Assembly (NCBI RefSeq): GCF_006345805.1
Contig: NW_021825323.1
Span: 310,001-374,000, forward strand
Origin: Octopus sinensis
Taxonomy: Eukaryota
Direction: 5' to 3'
Length of the DNA: 64,000 nt
Part shown: positions 50,923 through 62,630 of the stretch, in pieces
How the letters are laid out: each line of letters opens with the position of its first letter
Position numbering within the stretch: position 1 is the first letter of the stretch
Program-made: the position numbers and the translations under genes
Notes under the pieces: model-generated
Told to the model about the DNA's origin: nothing
Databases searched by the model: none
The model's input: only the letters and a program-made list of their open reading frames with translations

Positions 50923-52923
50923 CAGGGGTTCTCAACCTTTTTAGCTCAAGGGCCAAATCGATAATTAAGATTAGCTTCGCGGGCCCCACAAAAAATTTTT
51001 TTATATATTTTCCAAGCCGGTAACTCGCTTGCAATCCGAAGTGCAGCCACTGCTGATGCGTAATGAGTTTTTGGACTCTTTTTTCTTTTTTTAATTTCCA
51101 TTTCCTTTATAAAGAAATAAAAGCTAAAAAATCTACAAAAGGCGTTGTAACTAAAAAGAAAGTACAGTAAAACCTCTCGAATCCGCCGATTTTTTGGTCG
51201 GTCCCAAAATCGGCGGATTCGAGAGGCAATTTAAATAAAATTTTATAGTTGAAACATGAACTTACAATATAGATTAAATATTTCTTTTTATATACAAATG
51301 ACTGAATACACAAATTATTTATATTCAAATTATCAGAAATTTTATAACATTTCCTCAATTCGCATAATATTTTAGAGATCATCTATCTATTGCAAGTCTT
51401 ATTGGAATGGGTGTAGGTAACATATTTTCCAATGTTGAAATTTTTAGAACATCTTGGACTTTTGAATCTTTCTATCATTACAGGCCTTCTTTTATCGGAA
51501 CCAGAACAATTTGCGCATAATAGTAAAGAAAATCGATCCTTCGATAACTTTATTCCAGGCCTTGATTTAGTGCACACATGTTTAGAAGAAATCGCCTTGT
51601 AAAAAACACCACTTTCATCTGAATTATGGACATTGTCCAATCCATATTGTTCAGTTTTTAAACTGATTGTTTCATTAAAATCAGCAATAGATTTTTCATC
51701 ATGATTTACTGATCCAGTGTCTCCATGAAATTTTCTGACTTGATACCATTTTGTAATTTAGACTTTTCTAGCCACCCACGACTTGCTTTAAATTCTGGAA
51801 AATTTTTTAAAATTTTAAGAGCTTTTGCAATTAACATCGAATCTGATAGAATTGCTCCACTAGATTCCATTAAGTCAATCCATGTTATCATCGCTACATC
51901 AATTTCATTAAATTTGAGTTTTGGAATTCTCATTATGTTTAATTTTTTGATATCAGTCCTATTCAAAAGGTCCGATTTTGATTTAAGGTCGTTTATAGTT
52001 TTCGGAAAAATTTTCTTTTTTAATCGTGAAGAAAAATCCTGGAAATTTGAGGTGCAGAAACAAATGGGTTGTCAGAAATATAACGTAGTATAGAAATTTT
52101 TTCGTTGATAGAAAGTCTAACACAACGACGCATCACAAAAATACAATTTAACGTGTAATGAGAATTTTAAAATGTTAATAAAAAATTATTTTTCATAATA
52201 CTTGAGGAGCGGATTCGAGAAACAAGCGGATTCAAGAATCATTCATAGGAAATTTCAAATTTTTGATTAAAACAAGCGGATTCGAGAAGCGGCGGATTCG
52301 AGAAGCAGCGGATTCGAGAGGTTTCACTGTATTATTTGTTTATTAAGTTTTTGAAATCCGGAATAAGTAAAATTGAAAAAGTTCGTAAAAGCTGACGTAG
52401 AATTTTTTGAATTTGTCTTGAGGAATTAATTCGTAAAAATTAATAATGGACGCATTTTTGAACAATGCTGCCAGATCTATATCATGTTGTAAATTAATGA
52501 GTTCTAGTTGAAACTTTGCAGGCGCATCCTTAATTTCCACGCTGAATGGAGTTGCAAATATTTTCATTAAAGGAAAGAATTGTCGTCAACTATGACTACA
52601 ATTGGGGATACGCATGGAAAGAGACACTTCGGTGCCTTGTTTTTATCTCCCCGTTGATGATTTCTTCCTTGTTTTTCTTTTTCTTTTCGGTCAATAAATA
52701 CTATTCTATTCTAAAGGAAAGAATTCGTTAAAATTCTAAAAATTAAATGTATATAAATGTACCCCAAAACGTGCTTCAAATTGATTAATTAAATCACCAA
52801 TTATGGATATGTTTAACCTTAAGAATAAATAATTAAATTTTAACATTATTAAAAAATTAAAAAAGTTAGTTACTCTAAAGGGGCCGCAAAAAAAATCCTG
52901 GGGGCCGCATTTGAGAACCGCTG
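50923..52923 (-). mobile_element. Second copy of the non-autonomous hAT element, TSD CTTTAGAC, carrying a nested Tigger
   Basis: Same termini as 24016-24546; CTTTAGAC at 50915-50922 and 52924-52931. Confidence 0.96.
51165..52329 (-). mobile_element. pogo/Tigger element with transposase pseudogene, TA-flanked
   Basis: TIR CAGT(A/G)AAACCTCTCGAATCCGC; FKASRGWLEK (CENP-B HTH), NSDESGVFY and KDRFSLLLCANCSGSDKRRP (DDE_1). Confidence 0.95.
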
Positions 52924-53104
52924 CTTTAGACTTTTCTTTCGTTACTGATTGTGGTGATAAAACTGTTTTCCGATCTCAATTTTTTTTATATATTAATAAA
53001 TTTTTTGAAATTGTTAAAAAAGAATCCGAAAGTATGACTCACCAAAAATTTTAAAAAATTTGAATAGTATTTTTAAATTACAAGTTGCCACAGTTACTTC
53101 GTCC

Positions 53105-55629
53105 ATGCAAAAAACCCAAATAAAAATATCTGCCATCGACCTAGTCGATATTGCACTCAGTCCTACTTCACCCAACATTGTCAACTTTGATGCCCTGAGG
53201 AGTTGTCTATTGGCTATTTTGGGGGATAATGTAAATAAAGATTTGTTGGTGTCCCCCGATATATTGGAGGGCGGAAGACACACTTTACAAAAAACCGACG
53301 AGCTGTGGACGCGATTGAAGGCAAATGAGACTGCAGTTGAAGCTTTGAGAGGAAACTCAAACGAAACTGAGGCTTTACTTAAGCGAGCTGGACTTGTTCC
53401 CAGACTGGGAAGTTGTGAATTTGGGATAAGTGATATCTGGAAAGCAGTGGAGTTAGATCACAGAGTTGGGGCCAACAGTAATGGAATAGATAAGGCAATT
53501 TATAAATCATGCGAGTCGTAGTTGGGAAGAATTATGGACGAAATGTCAAAAATGATGAAAGAGATAGAACGTCGCCAAAATGAAATTGAAAAGGTATGCT
53601 TTGCAGATCTGGCTTACGTAAACTGAGAGTATCATGCACCTTATAGAGTACACCAGTTGCATATATTGATTGCGGGCTATTTGTAGAATTTTAATTAGTT
53701 TGACACGCAGATTAAATATCTGCTCAAACAGAATTAATTTTCTTCAACTTAGCTAATGCTTAGTTCATGCAACACATTCAAATCACTGTAGAACAAGTCA
53801 GAGGTGAACTCAGTAAGCAGACGGTTTCCGTTTTAAATATCACTTTTTTAGAAGAACCTACAGGACTCTGTAGACGCACTCTCTGAGACTGTCGTAAACA
53901 GAACCTCACTCCAAACATATGTCACTTGGAGTCAATTAGAAGAGTCTCTTTCAAGACTGATAAAGAAAACAGAATCATTCGAAGTTGTATGTCAGACCGA
54001 TCAGGTTGGTTTTGAACAGCAGAAAAGTAGAGTATGGCCAAAATGAGATCAAGGTCGGTGTCGGTCTGTTCTCTTGGTCCATCGGAAGAACTGGCTGACT
54101 TACTTAGCAGACTGGGCAGTCTTGCAGACAATCATTTAGAATTTATCAAGAAAATGGACGAATTAGACGTATTCCATAATACTAAATATCTCAAAGAAAT
54201 GTTTAGAAACGAAGGCAAATTCCGCTGACCTTGAAAATTATAGTAATCATTTTGTAGTTATGTTAGTGCCGACGCACAGAGCCGAAGAAGAATTTAAACA
54301 GCTTATTACACTCAAATCTTTGATTGAATCGTCAATGGCGGACGTTTTCTAACTTTAACTAGTTTTAGACAAACAGTCAACTGATTGCATTGGACTCAAC
54401 GTCAAAAAATAACTGCAGAGAAATTACAAGTTTAACTGACCAGCTCGAAAAAATTAATTCGAAATGGGAATCAGATTCCGAGAATATCAAAGTACCACTA
54501 ATTGTACTATTCGACAGAATCTGAGGGGATTATGTGTAGCGTTAGATAATTCCAAGGCGGATCGACAACAAATGGACATTAGTTTAGCAGAGGTATGTCC
54601 TCCTTGTACCATTCCGTAGAAAGTAGACAAATCCTTGTTTGAGGACTCACTGAGCAGTTCTTTATTTAAAGAAACAATCGAACGGATTGAATCGGCGATC
54701 CACAACATAACCGAAAGAATGACCGAGCAGAGCACAGTTTATGCCGACTGTCATATTTAGGTAATTCAACTTCGAGAAGCAATGCGCTTGTTGGCCGAGG
54801 AAGTCAACAGTAAGCCAAGTCAGGCGGATTTGACTCAGTTCAAACACATCATGGAAAGGAGACTACGTTTATTAAAACGTGGATCTCACGAAGCCCGTTC
54901 CAATGAAGCAGCCGTTCTTAACAGGTTGATTAACCAGTCATGTTGAAGACGACTCTCCACCAGTTTTCACTGTCTCTCGTGTGGCCGTCCTGTTAATGTC
55001 GTCGTCCACAGGTAGCATAGTTTTTAAGAAATAAGGTTTTTAAACGACATTGACAGCTCATTTCGACCTTCTTCCGCTGTCGCCCCTTTTCCTGAAATGC
55101 ACGGAAACAAGACTCATCTGAGTATATCCAGACCACTCTCCTCCGGTCGTGGATTGAGATCAAAATCGAGGGATCCTCAGAAAAAGTACATTTGTCTACT
55201 GTTAGTAAAAGCAAGAAGTGGTGGCAATCCGACCGTACATATGCCATTAACTCCTCCAGGTTTTTAATTTTTGCCAATTTTAAGAAATCAAAGTCCGGTT
55301 ATTTATAGCAGTCTTTCGGCGTTGGCAATGCGTTTAATTTGTAGTACTGAGGTCCCATTGCTCGGCATCGACGGACATATCTACAAAGGGAAGATTGATA
55401 GAGACAGTCCCGACACCATCAAATACCGCCTGGGTGCCATTTCTTCCAAAAAGGAATTGGAAAATGACACGCATTTCATAAGTGACGGAGTCATGTATCA
55501 TCAGGAGGCATCAATAAGGTTGAGAGGACATAGTGTTCACTCTAATTAATTACCAATTTTAATTCGTTTTAGTCCCAATCAATTGACACAAAGTCGTCAC
55601 GAAGGGTGATTTACACGCCAAATAACTAA
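53105..55629 (+). CDS. QRICH2/C16orf96-like (DUF4795-type) coiled-coil protein, multi-exon
   Basis: N-terminal SAIDLVDIALSPTSPNIVNFDALRSCLLAIL; C-terminal FHCLSCGRPV and LLGIDGHIYKG; coiled-coil middle; short GT-AG introns. Confidence 0.75.
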
Positions 55630-56149
55630 CATTATTTTCACTTGGTTAAATAATATATTTTATTACTTCAAACATTGCAAAAAAAGTTCAATGTGATCAT
55701 TCAAGATTCTTATGAAAGCAACATTTTAATTTGATAGTGATTTATTAGTTCCTATTATTTCTCTTGTCTGAAACGAAGCTGGATTATTTGAAAATACAGT
55801 TAAACCCCGGTTAATCGCCGGACCACTCGCGTTAGTCAGTCGCTACTTTTTGTACGAAAAATAAAATTTTATAAAAAAAATTAAGTTACTCAAAAATTTC
55901 AGATACTTGCCATTATTTTTAATTGCCTAATTTAAAATAAAATGATTTAATTTCGAACAATAAAATAAAGCTCAGTAAAATAAAGTTGTTTATTTAAAAA
56001 ACGGATGAGAAAAGTGCACGGTTAGACGTCACTTGCGGCTGCATGCATGATGCAGTGTGCATTTGCGCGAACGACAGCTATTCCTATTTGGCAGGAGGAT
56101 TTCGTAAAAATGTGATTTCCTCAGTTGCTTAGTCAGTTTGAGACAATTT

Positions 56150-57130
56150 GATGCGTAAATTAATGCTACGAATTGACAGAAAGAGAAAAGTGGTGGATTG
56201 TGTTAAGAAACTTGAAAACGGTGGAAAAATTGACCTTGGCCATCTCAATGTGGTTTCCGATTATTTTGCATTTTGCGACGTGTTGATCGATGTTGCGGTT
56301 GTTATTTATCGAAGCCGAGATTTTGGTAACCGCGATTCAGAAGTGAAATCAACATCGTCAGCATAGCGATTCCTCAATTGTATAATGTGAAAAACGAAGG
56401 AATTATTGATATTATAAAAGTTCTTCCAAATTGGAAAGCTAGCGGCTGTGATGGAGTTTACAACTTTTTTATAAAGAGCTTTACTGCTGTCTATGAACCC
56501 CTATGCGAGGAGATACGGAAAAGAATAAAAGATTAATATACTTCAGAAGATTGGTTTTACATCGGTACTACGTACTATATACCAAAAATGGATGTATGTG
56601 ATCACTCAAGGATCTGATACCAATTACGTGTATGCCTAACCTGTATAAACTGATGACAAAGTGTGTGAACAACAAATTATCGGACTATATCGAAGCATAT
56701 GGCCTCGTTAGCGACAATCAACTTGGAATACGAAGAATGTGTTAGGGAGCGAAGAAACAGGCAATCGTAAATGCGAATAAGCTATCTTATATGTGGATTG
56801 ATGTGAGGAAAGCATTTGATTCAGTCGACCACGAATTCTTAATCCAGGCCCTGCAAAACTCTGGGCTCCCGTGTTGGATAGTAATGTTTATCAAGAAACT
56901 CACTATCAAATAGAAAATTCGTATAAATTTGGAAAACAGAACACTGAGGGAAGTTAAAATCAATAGAGGTATACTGCTAGGAGATTCTCTCGCACCTCTG
57001 ATCTTTGTCCTATTAATGGACCCTCTAAGCCGAAAGCTCAACGGAAAATTCCTGAAAGTAATTATGGGAAACTCAGGCAAGGAACCCGCATATGCTACTA
57101 ACCACCGCCTATTTATGAAAGATATACACT
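56150..57130 (+). pseudogene. R4/Dong-like reverse transcriptase relic
   Basis: LPNWKASGCDGVYNFFIK, PITCMPNLYKLMTKCV, NQLG, WIDVRKAFDSVDH, RGILLGDSLAPLIFVLLMDPLSRKLN and TNHRLFM. Confidence 0.88.
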
Positions 57131-57641
57131 GAACAAAAATAAAAAACTGAACAAGCATTTTCTCAAGAATTTAATATGAAACAATATCTAAAAAATAACT
57201 TCTATTGATTTAAAACATTAAATAAAGTATTGTTTACTTTTTTTGTTTTTCTAAAAAATATTATATTTATACGGTTTTTTATTCATTGATAATTCAGAAC
57301 CCAAAAAAACTGAACAAATTTATTTAATATCTACTATGTCCTCCAATGTTTGGTTCCTCAATTATAATAAAAATGATTCTTATATTCGTAGTATTAACAA
57401 GTCATGACCTATCTATAGTTTATCACTAGTTCTAAAATCTTAAAAAATACGGAAAGTAGCATGATGGGTCAATATCTCCCTAGAAATCGAAAGGCCTTTT
57501 CGTGGAATATCATTACTCAGATAGTCGACGATGCAATTCAAATAATTTGGTTCAAAGGGAAAATTTCCTTTGTTAAAGTCGCTACATAATTCTTTAATTT
57601 GTACACGTAACAAAAAGTTTTAGTGTATTTATTTAATCTTT

Positions 57642-58487
57642 TTGAATGAGTCATTTGATGAAGCTTGCCGGGATTGGAACGGGTCAGGACTCAAAATCCC
57701 CGAAGACACAACGAAACAAAGGAACTGGGATAACATTGTCTGCTCCAAAATTTCAGAAGGGCTTAAAAAAGAAGCAAATCAACATCGCCTTGCTTGCCTG
57801 GTGTCAGCCTCAAGTGGAGGGAGCGGAGCATGGCTTGGTGCAATCCCTTGCCCAAATCTCGGGACTTTTTTGGACGACGATTCTTTGAGGATTGGAATCG
57901 GACAAAGACTTGGACTAGACGTTTGCCAGGAGCACCGATGCCGCTGCGGGAAAACGGTCGATGCGAAGGGATTGCACCCGCTATCCTGCAGGAGATCCGC
58001 CGGAAGAGGACCACGTCACGCCGCTCTGAACGACGTGATCGTCAGAGCTCTGAAGGCTGCAGGCTTCCCAGCACAGCTTGAACCAGTGGGTCTCGATCGA
58101 GGTGATGGAAAGAGACCTGACGGGATGACTCTTTTCCCTTTCAACTCCGGACGATCTTTGGTCTGGGACGCAACTTGCGTCGATACTTACTCAAGCACGA
58201 ATCTCCTTAAATCGGTTCAGACACCTGGAGCAGCTGCCTCAATCGCGGAAAACCTTAAAACCAAAAAATATTCCTCCCTCGGGGACCGCTACAGATTCAC
58301 CCCTGTTGCGGCTGAGTCATCAGGAGCTGTTGGCCCAGCGACTGCCGAGTTCTTGCGCGAACTCGGAAGAATGCTCGCCACAAAGAAAAATGATCCTCGT
58401 GAAGGAGTATGGCTAAGACAAAGGATCGGAATAGCCATACTCCGAGGGAACTCGCTTTCCATACAGGCAGCGGGCTTCCTCAATTGA
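57642..58487 (+). mobile_element. 5'-truncated CRE-clade element with an open Zn-knuckle/RLE frame (281 aa)
   Basis: SGAWLGAIP, CQEHRCRCG, HPLSCRRSAGRGPRHAALND, KRPDGMTLFPF..LVWDATCVD and RIGIAILRGN. Confidence 0.94.
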
Positions 58488-58589
58488 TTTCTCAAATCAA
58501 TCTCTTCTCTGAATTTATTAACTGACATTATTAATAATGAAAAAAATCTTTAACTTAAATTTTCCCCGGTCTTATTCGTTGTATATCTA

Positions 58590-58950
58590 GAGACGGCCCT
58601 ACGAAATACCAGGAATAATATCCCCAGACATATTACAGAAGTCATCTACGCAGATGGCATAGATCTCACCGCAACAGACCATCAATTAGAAGGTACTATG
58701 GACAAATTGCCCAACACATTTGAAAAATCATTCCTAAAAATTAACATTGAGAAAATAGAATACACTATAGTGAGGCGATGTGAACAACTACACGAGGGAA
58801 AATGGAGGCATACAAAGAAACTTGGCACTTTCTTAGAAGATACAGAAGACATGATACGAAGAAAATCACTAGCAACTTTCGAGCTTAAAAGATTAAACAA
58901 CGTATGGTTGAGAGGTAACAAATTTCTGCGTCTTTCACAAGCGAGATAAC
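58590..58950 (+). pseudogene. RTE-clade RT C-half relic
   Basis: VIYADG, LKINIEKIE and KKLGTFLEDTEDMIRRKSLA. Confidence 0.8.
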
Positions 58951-59244
58951 TTTACTAACTTTATTTTGCAGTGTGCTTATTAACAAAGAAACTAATTAAC
59001 TAAGTAATTTTTCTAACTAAGTCCAGAGCCTTTAAAGTGAGCAGAATGTGGCACTCCACGCACCTCCTCCCCTTCTTCCTTTTCTTCTCTGGCACTGTAG
59101 ACCTTCGAGAAGGTGCAGTCCAGCGCCTCTCGCTGACTAAACGTCAGGAAAGGGCTGGATCGGCGAGCATCAAACGAGACACTCTCCAAAGTTCTCTTAA
59201 GAACAGTTGACTGTATATAAGCCTGTAGACTCTACAGTGTAGAC

Positions 59245-61562
59245 CAGTGATTCTTAACGGGGGCGCTGGCGCCCCCCTGGGGGCGCTGGAACATATTAGG
59301 GGGGCGCTGGAATTTTAATTTTTTTTAATTATTATAAATATTTTATTAGTTTTTGTAAATCATTATCACGTGCTTTTCTATTAATTCTAAATTCAAATTG
59401 TCTTGTGTGTACGTAAAAAAATTATTCACTGATAATATTTATAAATATTTGTTAATTGTATTTAATATTTTAGAACTTTTTAATAAATATTTTAATTATA
59501 TTTTATAGATGTCTGATAAAAAAGTAAAACGACGTATATATTCGGATGAATACCTAAAGTTTGGAGTGATACCCTACGACCATAACAATTCACTTCCAAT
59601 GTGTCTTATGTGTAAAAAGGTCTTTACAAATGAAGGAATGAAGCCTTCAAGAATGCTAAATCATCTTAAGATTTGTCATCCTGACAAACTTGATGCGGAT
59701 ATCAATTATTTTTCTAATCTGAAATATAATTATGAAAATCGTCTTATGATTAATCAACTATTTACAAAAAATTCGAAGATGCTTGAAAAAGGCCTATTAG
59801 CATCATACAAAATATCGCAATTGATAGCGAAATCAGGAAAACCTCATACTATTGGAGAGTCATTAATATTACCAGCTATCAAAGAAGTGTTAAATTCAAT
59901 GGTTGATTGTGATTCTGAACAAATAATTTCATCAATTCCTTTGAGTAATAGTTCTGTTTCTTCCAGAATTGATGAAATGGCATTTGATATCGAAGAAACC
60001 CTATGTGCATTTTTAAGAACAACAAAATTTTCAATTCAGATTGATGAATCGACATTCAACGATAGTGTTGCACTTTTATTAGTTTACGTACGTTATATTA
60101 ATCAAAATGATGTAATTCAAGAAGAATTTTTATTTTCTGAACACCTTGAACTCGATACAAGAGGATTAACAATTTTCAAAACTGTTGAACAATATTTTTT
60201 GAAACATGAAATACCCCTTAGCAATATTTTTGCTTGTTCAACAGATGGGGCACCTGCGATGGTTGGAGTTCATCGTGGGTTTTTGGCATATATGAAGGAA
60301 AAAGTACCGAATATTTTTACAATCCATTGCGTCATTCACAGACAGCATTTAGCTGCGAAAAATTTAAGTGAGAGGCTGAATGAATCACTAAATGTTGTCA
60401 TATGTGCAATAAATCGTATTAAAATGCACCCATTGAATTCGAGAATATTTCGACATATTTGTGAACAAAACGATGAGCATTATGAACGACTTCTTTTGCA
60501 TACCCATGTTAGATGGCTTTCAAAAGGAAACTGTTTGTGTCGATTTTTTGAATTGTATGATTCAATCTTAGAATTTTGTCAGTTACATGAGCAGAGAATT
60601 TTTAGGTAATTATTCCTTAATCATTTTAGTAAGTTGATTTTATTGAAAGCTGATATAGCTTATCTAGCTGATATTTTTTATAAAATCAACCAAGTAAATA
60701 TTAGCTTGCAAGGAAACAATATCAATTTAATAAATGTAAAAGGAATTATTATGCCTTTTATTGAAAAATTACAACTTTATGAAAACAATATTAAGAAAAA
60801 GATTTTTATTAATTTTCCAAATCTACAAAAATTTGGGGTTATTTTTTGTAATAATATTTATTAGGTCGAAAAATTAACGGATTCTGACTGTGAATGCTTT
60901 TGCTTGCATCTAAAAATGTTAAAAGATGACATGAAAATCCGCTTTGAAGATTTAGAAAATTTAAAATTTTTTGATTGGTATATAAATCCATTTGAAACTG
61001 AAAACGTTAATTTATCTCAAGAAATAACAGAAAATTTATTAAATCTGAAATATGACTTTGAAGCTAAAGTCATTTTCAACAAATATGGATATCAACAATT
61101 CTGGGTTACTCATAGAAAAAAATATCCTTTATTGTGGAATGAAATTGAAACACTTATAATAGCATTTCCTTCAACATATCTAGTTGAAAGAGGATTTAGT
61201 GCAGTCTCTAATATTTTGACCAAAAAAAGAAATAAATTACAAATTGTGAATAGAGGAGATTTGAGACTAAGTCTGTCGACTATTGAAGCTGACATAAAAC
61301 GATTGACAAATTCCCATCAAGCACAAGGCAGTCACTAAAATTTTTTTATATAAAAAAGTTTGGTTTGTGAATACCCTTTTTAATTCTAAAAAAATAATAA
61401 GTAATATTCGAAAATATTAAAATGAAACAATTGGCGAAAAAATTGCCAAATAAATCTATAATTGAAAAAAAATAAATTAAATAATAGGGGGGCGCTGAAA
61501 TTTTGAAGCTTCGAAATTGTGTCAAAAGGGGGCGCTGACTTAAAAAAGGTTAAGAACCACTG
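59245..61562 (+). mobile_element. Complete hAT (Buster/Charlie) DNA transposon with 8-bp TSD GTGTAGAC
   Basis: TIRs CAGTGATTCTTAAC and GTTAAGAACCACTG; GTGTAGAC at 59237-59244 and 61563-61570; GGGGCGCTG subterminal repeats at both ends. Confidence 0.97.
59509..61338 (+). CDS. hAT transposase (ZBED5/SCAND3-like), ~592 aa after removing introns 60606-60629 and 60838-60864
   Basis: BED finger CLMC..HLKICH, QIDEST (D), STDGAPAM (D), HCVIH, VRWLS and STYLVERGFS (E). The only stops lie inside 24-nt and 27-nt GT-AG segments. Confidence 0.9.
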
Positions 61563-62108
61563 GTGTAGACTCTACACTGTAGAGACTTATCTACACCCAG
61601 CTGTCTTTAGCACCGTTTGTGTCTTATTAACAATAATAACTTAAATTTTTTGGTTAATTTTTCTAGTTCTTAGGGTAATAAAGTTATTTTTTGGTTAAAT
61701 TTTTATATTTTTAGCTTAAAAAATGCCCTACGTATTATAATTAATTTGAAGTTGGAAAATTGAATTTTTTGGTGTTAAATGAGGCTTTTCCTTTTTATGC
61801 CCCGCAACGACTGAGTGTTGTATTTATGTGGGCCCCTTATTTGTTTCATGACATGACTATCTTGGCTTGTAACATTTTACAGAGCATATAAGCAAGTTTT
61901 ATGGATTGCTATCCATATGGGTATATGGCCATTAGCAATTTACTTTAAATTATAAGTAAAAAAGCTAATCAATGAGAGTTTTAGTCTGCTACAATATTTT
62001 AATTAATTCGTCAATCATTATTTAATTCTAACAAATTCTGTTCAACATTTTCCCATACTCAGTGACGTTTGATTCTGCTCAGATATTAAAATAAAAGTTT
62101 CTTATCTA

Positions 62109-62630
62109 CACCCCTCGACATTAAAATCCGGACAGTTAATAAATCGTTATTTTTATTATCAATTTTATTAAATTAAAAACTTAAGCATGCTAATATCATC
62201 TATATTTTTTAATTTTATAATATTTATCCATAAATCTTTTTAAAATATTGAGAATAAAGAAAAAACCGATTTTTTTAAGACAAAAAATTCCGGACAAATG
62301 TCAAAAAAATAAAATATCAGTAAGGAATATGCTTTCCTCTCGATTTATATAACTCTAAACTACGAGTTTTCATCGAATTTATTAATTTTCGAATAAAATC
62401 AATTGGAATTTTATCCCAAATTTCTAATATTTTATCCTTTTGTTGATGTTTATTTTTTGGTCGATTTTCTGTATCATCCCTCAATAATTCATATTTAATT
62501 TTTGACCAAATATGTTCAATGGGATTCATATCGGGGGATTGTGCCGGCCAATCGAGTAAATTAATTTTGTTTGCAGAAAAATACTTCTTTGTTGCTTTCG
62601 AAGTATAGTTTCTAACTGATAAAGCGATTT
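62109..62630 (-). mobile_element. Tc1 element 3' part with one TIR; a related lone TIR end lies at ~6997-7017
   Basis: TA|CACCCCTCGACAT at 62109; LLDWPAQSPDMNPIEHIWS...SRGKHIPY*; ATGTCGAGGGGTG|TA ending at 7017. Confidence 0.88.

Noticed and set aside
59509-61338. hAT transposase as a nonsense-mutated pseudogene (three ORFs in the track)
   Set aside because: Both stops fall in GT-AG segments of typical host intron size whose removal restores one frame.
59040-61640. Definite solo LTR around the hAT
   Set aside because: A TG start and TATA-like box are present, but I found no matching CA end with a TSD; kept only as a hypothesis.
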